A DNA stretch of 64,000 nucleotides from Eledone cirrhosa (GCA_964016885.1 OZ024745.1:67270001-67334000); one strand, 5' to 3'. Counted from the first letter of the stretch, positions 26,537-40,730 are shown. A program made the numbers and translations. The notes: generated from the sequence alone by a model not told the origin.

Positions 26537-26959
26537 TATTCTCAGCTAAGTTCCCAGGCGATGCGCGGACACTAGGAACCCATATAAAAATAATAATAAT
26601 TCAGTGGATGGAATAAAGCTAGTGAGGACTAAATTCCGGAGCACTGAAAAAATTCACTGTCTCTGGTCAGTGGCAGATTCTAAAAATCAATCACGTGACA
26701 CTGAGGTTAATCAGTTAGGAGCGGGGTGGTATTATGACAAGAGCATACTACTACCATGAATCAGCAGTAAATTTTGGCAAGTTTTGCTCAACAAATAATT
26801 TGGAGATAAATATAGAGAATTAGTACATTTACCAACATATGTGTACAGATGTTCACCTTTGCTAGCAAATATATATGTTATGTCTTAGTACCTTTGTGGT
26901 TCTATGCAGGGGGATGCAGAACAATTATATGAAAACAGTATTTCTTTGGAGATACGAAA

Positions 26960-27002
<43 letters not shown>

Positions 27003-27075
27003 CGTATCTCCAAAGAAATACTGTTTAGGAAGCCATAGCTATGCAAACACCAGGGGGCTAACGCCCTCTGGTGAT

Positions 27076-27173
27076 GTCCAGCAATCGCAAGCGGTGGAAG
27101 GGACCGTCTATGCATTTCAGGATTAATTGGCCTTCGTCAGGACGGTCCCTCCCACAGCTTGCGACTGCTGGAC
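27076..27173 (-). ncRNA. Type I hammerhead ribozyme with ~33-bp stem I, in a TA-flanked ~180-bp element (27001-27178)
   Basis: gtccagcagtcgcaagctgtgggagggaccgtc-CTGACGA-agg-ccaattaat-cct-GAAA-tgc-ATA-gacggtcccttccaccgcttgcgattgctggac. Confidence 0.85.
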
Positions 27174-27175
27174 TA

Positions 27176-27260
<85 letters not shown>

Positions 27261-27391
27261 GCTGTCGAAACGGCCGGAGCTCAGCCGCCTGGGTCCTGAC
27301 TCTTTTCCTATTACTCACTCTACTACCCTAAGTATCGAGTACTCTGGTGCGTTGTGGTCCACTTGGTATCTTAGCACACGTTCTTTGTTGT

Positions 27392-27447
<56 letters not shown>

Positions 27448-27560
27448 GGGGGTGGGGGTATGTTTAAGTGTGTGTGTGTAAGTATATATGTGCGTGTGTG
27501 TATGTTTTCTGAGTATGTGTGTACATGCCAGCCATATGCTTCTCTGTGCCTTCGTCTCCC

Positions 27561-27619
<59 letters not shown>

Positions 27620-28599
27620 ACTCCCTCTCTCTCATTGTGCCTCTATTTCCCAGATTTGCTATTTAATTCATGTTTACTTCAATTGTTCAGCAAAGCTATT
27701 TATATCTATACAAGAATATAGGTTATATACTTAGCAGTGCAGGATCTGCTACAACTACATATATAAGTGTTGTATATTATTTCTTTATTTCCAAGATAAC
27801 TAAATTCTTGACTTCTTTCTGATTTTCGCCTCGAGATATATAACCAATGAATCAAATTATGAATGAATTAAATGAAATAGCAGTTTAGATTTTCAATTTA
27901 AATTTATAGATATTTACGTACCAAATTGGTAGGGGGAATAACAATAAAGTCACTAATTTCTATGAATATTTTTATAGTGAATGATAGACTAAACGAATAA
28001 ATTACACCTCTCGGGAATTGTCGATTGTTTCACTAACAAAGCAAAGGACTTTAAATCCGTTTATATTGCATTAACTATACACCAGTAGTATTTCCTTTTA
28101 TTTTTTATGTCTTCTTCAAAATGTGTTACTGTATATTTATGTGTAAATGATGGTGTAAATTTATTATAATTTTATTTCACTCATAAGTGTATACAAATTG
28201 AGGTGATTATCATTTGGTCATTCTTATATAGTGTATCTACCACATTTGCCCAAACATATGCATACATGCGTACATACATTTACACACCCAAGCTTATACT
28301 CACATATATTTTTTTTTCTTTATATCACCCTATCCAACAACAAAATACAAGTCTAACCTACTCTAAAAGAATACCAGACAATTATCCAGTTAAATAAAAC
28401 CACAACAGAAAAAAAACCTTAATACTAGCATCGGAGCAACGGCCACTATAGTCAACAGAGTATCACATATATGATAAAATATGTATAAGTTAGCTAAATG
28501 CTAGACCTCTTTCTGATTTTTGCCTCGAGGTAGTAAATCAATGAATCAAATTATGAATGAATCTATATATAAATTTGAGCGGCTTCCATCCGTCACACA

Positions 28600-28630
<31 letters not shown>

Positions 28631-29244
28631 GTGGATGTATGTATGCATAAAAGGAAGGCAGGAATGGTAAAAAAAACTATAGCAAAAAGCTGCTGGTGTT
28701 CCATTTGCTACGCTGTGTGTGAGTGTGTGTATGTGCGTGTTTGTGTAAATGTATGTGTGTGTGTGTTTGTGTGAATGTATGTGTGTGTTTGTGTGAATGT
28801 ATGTGTATTTGTGTGAATGTATGTCTGTGCATGTGTATTTTTGTAAGTGTCGCCGTTTGCACGTTTATATTTATAAACGTCAGCGTGTTGAAAACATTTC
28901 TAGTTAAATAAATAGCAATTTAGTCAACACAGTATCACAGGTATGATACAAAATATATAAATATTTCTTACAGGACTCTCCCCAACAACTAATGCAGCAA
29001 TCTTAAACTATCCAAAAACACACCACACAAAATACAATTACTTGATCAAATAAAAATTAAAATTTACAAAGATACTAAAAGGATGAACTACACCAGGCAA
29101 CAAATGCCCTCGATCTCTGGTTTCTCTCGAGTTATGGATACCCAATAAGGAACGATCGACTTTCGTCAAATCGGACCGAGGAAACAATGTTTCCGTTGGT
29201 CTTTCCAATTGTTAATACTATCTATCGGTCGCAACTCCAGATAG

Positions 29245-29360
29245 AAGAAGCAACGTGAAATAAAGTGTCTTGGACATAACGCATCGCCTGGTCCAGGAAT
29301 CGAACTCACAACCTCACGTTTGCGAATCCAATTCTCTAACCACTCAGCCACACGCCTTCA
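29245..29360 (-). mobile_element. tRNA-derived SINE family S2 (related remnants 36830-36960 and 63055-63200, both minus)
   Basis: Reverse complement ggcgtgtggctgagtggttag...gagttcgattcc..gacactttatttcacgttgct. Confidence 0.75.
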
Positions 29361-29798
29361 CTACCCAATAAATTAGTACCATATATCTGTACGCACTAAA
29401 TATTTAATCCTGTCAACAGAAAAATGTTCGTACCAGAGTCCTTTGAATGAAAACATACAACGCAAACTGCAGTTACATAAAATTAATAGTTACATAAACC
29501 CAGTTACATAAACCCAGTTACATAAAATTAATAGTAAAATTTAAACTACAAAAGAAAACAACATTTGTACCAGAGGTCTTTCAGCATGGTTCTTAGATCA
29601 CACATTATCGAAGGTATGATACAATATATGTAATTGTTTCTCTACACAAACCTACCCTACAACATAAACAGGTTTAAACTAGCTAAGAACACAGCGAACA
29701 AAATAGAATTACACAGTTAAGTAAATCTGCTACAGATAAACACTTCGTACCAGAAACATTTTAAAGGAGATCTTAGTTCACATTATATAAGAGACATG

Positions 29799-29855
<57 letters not shown>

Positions 29856-31535
29856 GTACACTAACCAAAATACAAATAACAAATAAAATTAAAATTAAAA
29901 CACATTCAGAATACAAGTCATAAGAAGACGAAATGCATCAGTCCAAAAAATATATATAGTCGACATTATGATTCTTAGAACATAAATTATTTCACAATCC
30001 GTTGCCTGAGTAGATTCAGTTCTATATAATATGAAGGAATGGGGAGGGCAGTGTAAGCGATTTGTCGTCACGAATAATATCCTCTATCTACGACATTACT
30101 CATGATTTAATTAAATTTATAAAGTGCACATGAAGTTCATTTTAATATGTAAGAATAATAACCATCAAAAATATCTTTAAAAACCATTAAAATCTCATTA
30201 CGAAATCAAATGATATGAACGTACGAAATCAAATGATATGTATGTATGTATATATGTATATATATATATATTTATTTATTTATATATATATATGCAAGGG
30301 GGCTGTGTGCATGACTATGTATATATGTAGGTTTGTATGTGTATGTATGCATGTATGTGTATGTGCATGGGTGCCTGTGTGTATGTGTTTGTATACTTAG
30401 AAATTATAAGATTATTGGTCTAAAGTTAGAGAGCTAGTCATACATTTTGCTGGTGCTCCTTAAAAGAACGAGCAAAATTTTGAAGATAGAGTTATGACAT
30501 TAAATAATGTAAAGGGTTAATAAGAGCCAGACCCATATTGTGCATTTAAAAAACAATTTTTTAAATAATATATTTTTTTATTGATTCATATTCAATAAAT
30601 CACCTGGTGTATTTTTATGAATATATTAACATGTAAATATTCATTTTAGATCAGTAAATAACACAATCACTCATACTGGTACTTATTTCAGTGTTGTTGA
30701 GGGCGGAAGGTCAAATTATAACTCTAATCCTGTTGCATTAAAACTCAGATTTGCCACAGGTATTAAGAATAAATATAAATATTTTATCCTGCCTCAGTCA
30801 CGCCAGCATAGATTATCTTTTCAAAGCACAACGAACGCTATTATAACGTCATACCTTTTATATACAATACTACTGGCCCATATCAGCTGGATTAGTTTTA
30901 AAACAATTCAATACAAGAGCTAGTAATTCAGTTTTTATCATAACATTACAATATGGAATATTCGTTAGTATCTTGTAAAGCAACGGAGGCTATCGGGTCT
31001 TTAAAAAAAAGGCGTAAATATTGTTTAATTTAGATCATCGATCGAATAGATTACTGGCAACGACATAAATATCAAGAAATCTAATAACATTTAAATCTAT
31101 TACAGTAAAGTTAAAGTTCAAGACACATTTTTTTATATTTATTTTTATTTTAGTATTTCGCCATTTATGTTTTGCAATTTACAAAAATATCTTTTTACAA
31201 TGAGCAAGAAATGATTTACAATATAATGTGTGCTTCAACTGATGATGCTAAATCTATGTTCGTGAACACTATTTCAGTGACAAGAATGTTAAAATATACA
31301 ACTCAGAGAAAAGAGTGATGGTTAGGAAGAAGAAACGTGTCTACAGATTACAGGAAAGTGTATCAATATATGTGTCATTCTTCAACGAAGCTCTCATCAA
31401 TTTTCAAGCAAATAGATTTTGACTATATATATTTCTATATTAGGTGAAATGCAAGAGTATTGCATATATATATGTGTGTGTGTATAAATATAAATATATA
31501 AATATATATATGTATATGTATATATATAAATATAT

Positions 31536-31631
<96 letters not shown>

Positions 31632-31835
31632 CGGAGGAGTTGTGGTAAGGAACCAGATGGACCATAACGCACCAGAGTACTCAATACTTAGGGTAGTAGA
31701 GTGGGTAATAGTATGACCCCGACGGTAGAGCTCAAGCCATTTCGACGTCCAGAAATAGCCGTCGAAACGGCTTGAGCTCTGCCGCCGGAGTCATACTTTC
31801 TCCTATATATATATAGTAATATGTATACTTCTTCA

Positions 31836-31905
<70 letters not shown>

Positions 31906-32385
31906 TGAAGAAGTATACATATCACTACATGCGCATAGTTACAAGTATAGATATAGACATACATACATGGTGTCCAACTGAGTTTGGTTCAATGAAATAT
32001 ATATATATATATACAGATCAGGGCAAACAACACGGACGCTCTATCTCAAAATTATTTTTGAAAAGCATTTAGAAATGCGCAACCGGTAAAAACTTAAAAC
32101 TACAACAGAATACTAACCAATACAATTACTAATACTCATTTATTCCTAATTAAACTATTTTTCAACTGTGAACAATCTGTCAGCATTTTCTATTCCGTTT
32201 ACCAATATATATATATATATATATATATATAATGAACAATGTTTTTCTGTCATAATTTATGAATACCACTCTTTCCATCTTTCTCGGCCTTCCGATGTGT
32301 GTGTGGATGTATGTATGTACATACATACGTGCATACTACATACGTACATACATTCACACATACATACATATATACATACATACAA

Positions 32386-35300
32386 TCTTCCAGAGAGAAA
32401 TTAACTCATGTATAAATATCTCTCTGGCTGAACGTGTTAAAATGACAATGGTGAATAAAAAACCAAATAATGAAATACTACGTGTTATTGACGAAATAGG
32501 GGATGAATATTTACGACGGGTAAAAACCCAAACATTTTGGCAAATCAACGCCTGTTTAAATGCCTTAGCAATGACAGTGAAGCATTATCTTGGTGATAGC
32601 AGAGATATTAACAAGAACAAAACAGCACCAAAAATACCATCATATATAACTAAAATAGAAAAAAAGAGTGCTGACCTACGAAAAAACATAGGACATGTGA
32701 TAATGCTCCTTACATGCAAACAAACACAAAAAAACCTCACTCCTCACCAACAAAGAGTGAAAAATAAAATAGAGACGATGTTTGGTAACCGTAGAACCAG
32801 AACTCTCCAATATAAGCTGATCACCCTCAAACAAGAATTGAGAGCTGTTAGCGAAAAACGCCGATACCTGAAGAAGGTAGATGAAAGAAAAATGCTTAAT
32901 AAAAGATTCAGACGAAACCAAACATCAGTCTATAGAGATATGAAGGGCAAAATAATAAGTGTCACTGAGGCCCCATCCCAGAAAGACAGATACTTTTTGG
33001 AGAAAAATATGGGGTGAAAAGAAGAATTTCAACGAAGATGCAGTGTGGCTAAGAGAAATCCGAAAGAACTATTGCTCCTACACTACAACAAAAACATACG
33101 AAATAAGTGAGGGTACCCTTGAGACTGTGATAAGAAAATTCCAAGATAAGAAAACACCAGGAAGAGACATGATTGTCGGCTACTGGTACAAAAAGCTAAT
33201 ATTCTATCGGAGGTATCTTACTGACCTCTACCAACAAGTTCTTAAGGGAGATACACTTATACCAGAATGGTTGACATTAGCACAAACGTTACTGGTCCCC
33301 AAGAACAAAGACACCCACTTGGCAAAAAACTACCGACCCATTGCATGCCAGAACCTGATGTATAAGATGTATACTGCCTGCCTCAACCTATTCCTCCAAG
33401 GTCACTGTGAAAATAATAACATCATCACAGATGAACAAGCAGCTGGAAAGAAAAGGTTTTGGGGATGTGCTGAACAACTCCTAATCAACAAAACTGCGAT
33501 GTCGGAGGTGCGACAACTTAGGAGGAATATGACTACAGTCTGGCTGGACTACAAGAAAGCTTTCGATTCTATTCGCCACTCTTGGATGATAGAGGCCCTC
33601 CAACTTGCTAAAGTCCCAGACATTATTGTCAGAGCCATAGATAGGCTGTCTTCTTCTTGGGCTACTACCCTAAGGTTAAAGACAGAGAGGGAGGACTCTA
33701 TTTTCACTGATAAAATAAAATATCGCAGGGGTATATTTCATGGGGGACAGTCTCTCTGTGATATTGTTCATCTTGTCATTAAACCCCTTGTCCTTTCTGC
33801 TCAAGAAATGTGAGGGATACATCATTGGCTCACAGGAGGACAGAAATACGAACCTAACCCATAACTTCTTTGTGGACGATCTGAAACTCTATGCCAAGAA
33901 CATGGATGCGATGAAGAAAAATCTTGACCTGGTTACAACGTTCTCAAAGGATATAGGAATGGAGTTTGGCCAAGATAAATGCTCATACATGACTGTAAAG
34001 CGGGGAAAAACAACAACCCAATCTAGCAACATTGTCATCAATGGTCTAACTGTTTCACCGATATCTGATGAGGACTGCTATAGATACCTGGGGATAGATG
34101 AGAACATATCCTATAATGGTATCTGTAATAAAGTACTCGTAACCAGGGAATACTACACCCGATTAAGAAAGATCTGGTCATCGGAACTCTCTGCGCAAAA
34201 CAAAACAGTGGCTCACAATGTGTTTGCTGTGCCTGTCCTAACACCAACGTTTGGAATACTCAATTGGACGATAGACGAAATCCGAGCAGTTGATGTTGGA
34301 ACTCGAAAAATACTGAACAACACCGGAAACTTCCACATCAACAGTGACATAGACCGCCTTTACTTGAAACGTAAGCAGGGAAACAGAGGCCTAACATCAG
34401 TCCAGACAACATTTGAATGTCGCATCATATCTCTCCGACAACATCTACGAACCTCGAAGCGTAGGAGCCCGCTTCTCGAGCAAGTCTATCTGCATGAAAC
34501 AGATAAGATCATGAGAGTTGGGAAGGAACTCCTTGAGAGATATTCCCTGTGTGATAATCAAAAACTCACACCCAGGGATGTCGCTCAGCAGTATCGCAGT
34601 GAATCCATGGATGAAAAACTGCATGCGTATCAGCAAAAAATCATGCATGGATATGTTGCCAGGAAGCTCCAGAGTGAGAGTAATATAGATAAGGAAAGTA
34701 GTCTATCTTGGACCAACAACCGCTATATTGGCTCCTACTTTGAAGGATACGCTTTTGCAATCCAAGAACAGGAGATTAGCACGAAATACCTGATTCACAA
34801 AAGAGATAGGGATGCAGGCAAAACACCTAGATGTGATAACAAGTGCAGACTCTGCAGAACTAACATCGAGGATATCACCCATGTCATCAGCAGCTGCCCA
34901 AAGATGTCATCGCGGTACTATCTATCTATCAGGCATGATGTAGTGGCCAAAACACTGTACAATGCAGTTCGTAAAAAAGATAGCCCCGATAATAAACACA
35001 TTAAAAGCTACAACAATGTGGAAGACATCCATGTACATAATATGAAAGAGTACTGGTGGAATGTTCCAGTAAAAACCCCAATAAAATGCAGGCATAACAG
35101 ACCAGATATTATGAAATGGGACAGGGAGAAGAAAACATGCCCAGTAGTGGAAATTAGCTGCCCAGCAGATGCCAATATAATATCAAAGATTAGTGAAAAG
35201 GAGAATATTTATGCAGAACTGATGAGAAATCTGCAGATACTCCACCCTGATTACACCTTCAGATTTATGCCTGTGATTATTGGGGCACTGGGATATGTTA

Positions 35301-35670
35301 GTAACTTCCTCATTACAAATCTTGAGAAGCTAGGCTTCACAGGAACAGAAAGAACAGAACTAGTTAGGAAATATACAAGTACAATCCATTAATGGAACAG
35401 TAAAAATATGTAAAACATTCCAAAAATGTTGCATCTAATAACTGCATATACACATGTACAGATACAAAGCATATACACATGCACACATACAACTCAAAAC
35501 ATACACATCCATACATACAATAACATCCATATCTACACATGCATGCATGCATACATACATATCTACCTAGTTGATGTTGTGTAAATTCCAATGAGAGAGT
35601 CTTGTGTCTATGTTAGAAACCGACTCTCTCTCTATTGGTAAAACTTTGTGAAATTATAAAACCAGAAGAA
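32386..35670 (+). mobile_element. R4/Dong-type non-LTR retrotransposon (RT plus restriction-like endonuclease), 5'-truncated, frameshifts near 32990, 33742 and 35372
   Basis: KTPGRD, KNYRPIAC, WLDYKKAFDS, GIF(H)/GDSLS, FFVDDLKLY, YRYLG, CRLC..H..SSC zinc knuckle, RHD, RPD..VEISCP..K..Y RLE motif; flanked by (CATA)n. Confidence 0.93.
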
Positions 35671-35767
35671 CATACATACATACATACATACATACATACA
35701 TACATACATACATACATACATACATACATACATACATACATACATACATAAATGCATACATAGAACA

Positions 35768-36060
35768 TTACAAGTACAGTCCATTAATAGAACAGTAACC
35801 ATACGTAAAACATTCCAGATACAAAGTACAGATACAAAGTACAGATACAAAGCATATGCACATGCACACAGACAACTCAAAACATACACATCCACACATA
35901 CAATAACATCCATACCTCCACACACATGCATCCAGACATGCATACATATCTACCAAGTTGATGTTGTGTAAATTCCAATGAGAGAGTCTTGTGTCTATGT
36001 TAGAAACCGACTCTCTCTCTATTGGTAAAACTTTGTGAAATTATAAAACCAGAAGAACAT
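35768..36060 (+). mobile_element. Second short 3'-end copy of the R4/Dong-type element
   Basis: Aligns to 35375-35670 and ends in the same accagaagaa + (CATA)n. Confidence 0.9.
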
Positions 36061-36492
36061 ACATACATACATTAATAGATATTTTTATATATAATAAACA
36101 TGTGAGAGTTTCACTATCAAAATCTATAGCTGTGATCATATTACAGCTATCTCAATAGTCCGGGAAATAAACTTTACTTAATGTAGTGCCCTTAAATAAG
36201 GTGAGCTAGGACCTAGAAATATTGAGGGAGGGACTAGAGTGCTTCTGTAAGTTTTTGGAGACGGAGTTCTTAAATCTATTTAGTTTAACGTTAAGTTCAT
36301 GGTTGGTGTGGGTGGTTGGAGTGGGTTGTCTGGCTGGAATTTGGGGAAAGAACCTAAGTTAGCGTTGACAGAGTTATTATTAGTGGCAGTGGTAATGGTC
36401 GTGTAAGTTGTGGCAGTAGTGACAACTGTGGTAGAGGCAGGCATGAATGCTGGAGCTGTCATTGACTTCAACTGAGATGCCGATTTGTAGAA

Positions 36493-36687
36493 TAGGCATG
36501 TCGAACTGAGTGTCTCACGAGGGCCACATGGGTCACATATGTGTTGTCTGAGGGCCACACACGACAACTAATTGCGCACATTACAACTTATTTTACGAAG
36601 ATAAAACATGCTCACGCTGTAAAAAAACCTTTGTGCGGGCCGTAGGTGTGCTTGTAAAGGGCCGCATGCATTGTTCCAGCTTTTGGA
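36493..36687. mobile_element. Possible decayed non-autonomous hAT element
   Basis: taggcatgtcgaact start and repeated gggcc(a/g)ca subterminal motifs typical of hAT ends; right TIR unclear. Confidence 0.35.
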
Positions 36688-37513
36688 AAAATTACCGGCC
36701 AGTAAGTTTATATTTTGTCAAGTATACAAACACACACACACTTAGAATTAGATATAAATATACATCTACCTATATATGTGTTCGCACATATACACACACA
36801 GTAATATATATATAAACGCATGCATACAGCTGAGAAGACAAAGGCAACCGGAAATTAAGACGTTGCTCAAAAACACGAGGTAGATGCAGCTGAGAATTGA
36901 ACTTACAACCTTACGAACGTGAGCCGAAAGCCCTAAGCCATAAAACCATCCATTAGTCACACACACACACACATACATGTACATAAACATACAGACACAT
37001 AACTATATATATATATATATATATATTTATGTGTCTGTGAATGTGTGTAAATTTATATATGTGTGTGAGTGTGTATGTGTGTGTGTATATACACGCTTAT
37101 ACACACATGAAAGTATATTTACACACATACGTATATATTCACTCACGCATGTGCGTACCAGCTCATAAATATATTTCACCATCATTAGCACAGAAAATGA
37201 CACTGCTGATCTCTAGTTAAAAGGACACCATTTTATATAAATGGATAAAATATTACATCTTCAAAAACAACTACGTTACATTAAAAAAAAATCTGACTTG
37301 ATCCTGTCACAATTATCTGAATGGCCGGTGAGTATGTCGGGCAGAGAAATCAGGAAGATCAATATTTCTTAAGTAATTTTAAACTTGAGAATGAGTGACC
37401 TCTTGAACACTGAAACTTCTCACACAAACTTGCTGCATGGATATACATCGTCTTATAACATTTGCATTTGAATAATTTAAAATTGAAAAAAGATTAAAAA
37501 CACTTGAAAACCT

Positions 37514-37719
37514 AAATCACCTTGATTTACCTGCTACGTGGATATACATAAACTTATAATGAGCGCAAATTTATAAACTTTTCAATGACAGTTTAAGTTG
37601 CATCTGCAAATTTTAATTTCACTATTGACATACTTACATCCACCTTATATATAAGTTCATAAATTTGCGCTCATTATAGGTTGATGTATATCCATGTAGC
37701 AGACGAATCTAGGTGATTT
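37514..37719. repeat. ~66-bp diverged inverted repeat (MITE or foldback)
   Basis: 37514-37580 is the reverse complement of 37653-37719. Confidence 0.8.
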
Positions 37720-37720
37720 G

Positions 37721-37802
<82 letters not shown>

Positions 37803-37819
37803 TGTGTGTGTGTGCGTGT

Positions 37820-37937
<118 letters not shown>

Positions 37938-38036
37938 ATATATATTTGTATGTGTGTTAGCAGTAGCACTAAAATAGCGAATTTCTAACTTGGTTTCCTC
38001 ACCTGAAGTGAAACAACTACGCATTATTAACTCTAG

Positions 38037-38230
38037 CGCGGTGGATTGGTAGTATAGGAAGAGATTCTAACGCCATGCTTTGCAGCATAGAGTTATGTTC
38101 CTTTCCATTCTGAGTTCAAATCCCGCTGAGGTTAACTTTGCCTTTCATCCTTACGGGGTCGATAAAATAAAGTACCAGTAATGCACTGATTAATTGCTAG
38201 CCTTGTGCAAAAAATAGAAACAATTATTAA
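38037..38230 (+). mobile_element. SINE S1 with probable TSD attattaactcta
   Basis: Full-length S1; flanking repeat at ~38023 and ~38223. Confidence 0.9.
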
Positions 38231-38599
38231 CTCTAATGCTGAGAGCTAATTAAGATATTTATCAAACTGTTCGCTATGCAACCGATTTATATGATAAAGT
38301 TATATCTGTATATATATACCGAATGTATCCAACTGAGACCGCGACAATTAGTATATAAATTTGCAAATGTTAGTATATAGACATGTAAGCATGCCAAATA
38401 TACGTTTTTTTCTGTAAATTGAAAAATTACAAATACCTCACATTGATTTTTTAGCCTAGTTAGGTTTCACATCAGAAGATGTGTATATCATCTAAATAAC
38501 ATCCATATTTTTCTGAAATTACAGGCAGTTTTCTCTGGTTATACATTGTCATTCATACCAATTCCATGTGAGATATTCTCAGCGTGCAGTGTGAATTTC

Positions 38600-38900
38600 C
38601 AAAGACTTAGCTTATGACGTCACTGTTTTACTCGTCTGAGACATGGAAGCTATGTCGACGGTACATACAGATACTCGAACCATTCCGTCAGGAATATCTG
38701 GGCCATTTTCAATGTTAGTTCGTAATCCTTTACATCTGACACAGAATGGAAAAAGTACTGTCTCTGAATACCATAGGCATTGGGCTCGGTTGGTTGAGTC
38801 ACGCTACATTGATTTCCGGCTTCCCAAAGGACCAATTACATCTTAGTAAACGGACCCAGCACAAAATAATAAAGAGCCTTCCTGGTGTCACAAAAGCTAG
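38600..38900 (+). mobile_element. Decayed RTE LINE C-terminal fragment
   Basis: SETWKLCRRYIQILEPFRQ and LGWLSH resemble RTE SETWTLYRRHIxxLExFHQ and LRWLGH. Confidence 0.6.
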
Positions 38901-38930
38901 CCATCAATGTTTGGAAATTATATATGTGTA

Positions 38931-39010
<80 letters not shown>

Positions 39011-39015
<5 letters not shown>

Positions 39016-39553
39016 ATCATATGTAACCCATGTGCAACCACGCAGTATTCTTTCTTCTCATGTGTTTTATATATATTTGCCTCAGCTGCGTTTGTCTGTT
39101 TCTCTCTTACTGCTTCCCCGTTCTCTCTGTTTCTCTCACCTTCTTTCGCCCCCTCTGTCAGTTACACTTTCTCTCGACTGGCCTCTTCCTCGCACTTCCA
39201 CTCACTCACTGTCTGTTTCTCCCCTTGTAGTGGGTTCTCTTTTTGTTCACATCTCACTCACGTCGGACGGTCTGTATATCTCTCTCGCTCATGAAATCCA
39301 CCCAGCTTAAGCTGACCGGATTTCCATGCTGCTTGTTTTTTCCAATCTTTGCGTTGCTATCCTTCCCTTGTCTCGCTCGCTTTACGCGATTTACTTGTCC
39401 CAATAGCTTTATTTAGCTATTGCTCGCACCAACCGGAGGTATATGATTTTTAAAGCGATGAAATACCAATGAAGGTTGGAAAATCACTGACGAAGGACTT
39501 ATTTTATCATATGTAACCCATGTGCAACCACGCAGTATTCTTTCTTCTCATGT
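39011..39553 (+). repeat. TA-flanked element with 52-bp direct terminal repeats (period 490 bp) and a truncated hammerhead start
   Basis: ttttatcatatgtaacccatgtgcaaccacgcagtattctttcttctcatgt at both ends; CTGACGAaggac at 39487 with no matching 3' half. Confidence 0.75.
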
Positions 39554-39568
39554 TCATATATATATATA

Positions 39569-40462
39569 TAATATAAGATCAAAATATGGTTAAAAGAGTT
39601 CCAAGTATTTTATTATGCGCATTTCAAAAACAAATATCATCATGCGATGATATCTGCGTTCTCATCAAATAAAATAGGGAGACATGATATGAAGCTTAAA
39701 AAACATTTGTGAATAGTGAAGTTTTAAATCAACATATGAAAAATAAATTAAGATTGATGTATGAGATTGGGAAAAAGTGAGGGTTTGTGGAAAAGGTAAG
39801 AAAGAGGAAGAAATGAGAGTAAAGGATGGTGGGGGAGGAGTATAAGAAGGAAGGATGAGAGAGGAGGAGAGATGGGTGATAGAGAGAGAGATAGCCTTTA
39901 CAACTGAGAAAAAAATATATATTGTCTCAGAGAGAAATTAAAAAGCCGTTGGAAGATAATAGATAATTTAAAAGATAATAGATTATCTTCCAACGGCTTT
40001 TTAATTTTCTCTGTGACACAATATATTTTTTTTCTCAGCTGTAAAGGCTATCTCTCTTTCTCTATCACCCATCTCTCCTCCTCTCTCATCCTTCCTTCTT
40101 ATACTTCTCCCCCACCATCCTTTACTCTCATTTCTTCCTCTTCCTTACCTTTTCCAACCCCCCTCACTTTTTCCCAATATCACACATCAATCTTAATTTA
40201 TTTTTCATATGTTGATTTAAAACTTCACTATTCACAAGTGTTTTTTAAGCTTCATATCATGTCTCCCTATTTTATCTGATGAGAACGCAGATATCATCCC
40301 ATGATGATATTTGTTTTTGAAATGCGCATAGTAAAATACTTGGAACTCTTTTAACCATCTTTTGATCTTATATTATTTATACTCCAGTCCTACAAACTGT
40401 AGAGTGCTACTTATCCGATATTTGCATTACTTTATTGTGCTACAATAAAACTCACCTCCTAC

Positions 40463-40466
<4 letters not shown>
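39569..40466. mobile_element. Foldback Penelope-like pLTR pair (~390-bp arms, centre ~39970), TA-flanked
   Basis: Arms are reverse complements with several substitutions; each carries a hammerhead; the right arm extends ~90 bp further. Confidence 0.85.
40268..40338 (+). ncRNA. Type I hammerhead ribozyme with long stem II (mirror copy 39606-39676 has C3 to U)
   Basis: tattttat-CTGATGA-gaacgcagatatcatc-ccat-gatgatatttgttttt-GAAA-tgcgc-ATA-gtaaaata. Confidence 0.82.
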
Positions 40467-40522
<56 letters not shown>

Positions 40523-40620
40523 GAGATGTCAACATGAATGTACCAGTTATTTTTATCTAAAGACATTTTTTTCCAATTCCATCCCGCCCGTCCCCTCAAT
40601 CTATTTTATTTCTCATTATT

Positions 40621-40656
40621 TCTTCTGATGAAGGACTAGCGTCCGAAACGTTAAGA
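40621..40656 (+). ncRNA. Minimal hammerhead in a ~210-bp microsatellite-flanked element (40519-40732); second copy 52200-52425 on minus (motif 52287-52322)
   Basis: tctt-CTGATGA-a-ggac-tagc-gtcc-GAAA-c-GTT-aaga; the second copy has a GTC triplet. Confidence 0.78.
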
Positions 40657-40730
40657 CCCTCTTACTGCTATATCAAGCGTTAACCTTCCATATACTGTAC
40701 CGATTGTGTTGTTATTTCTGTTTACCTTTT

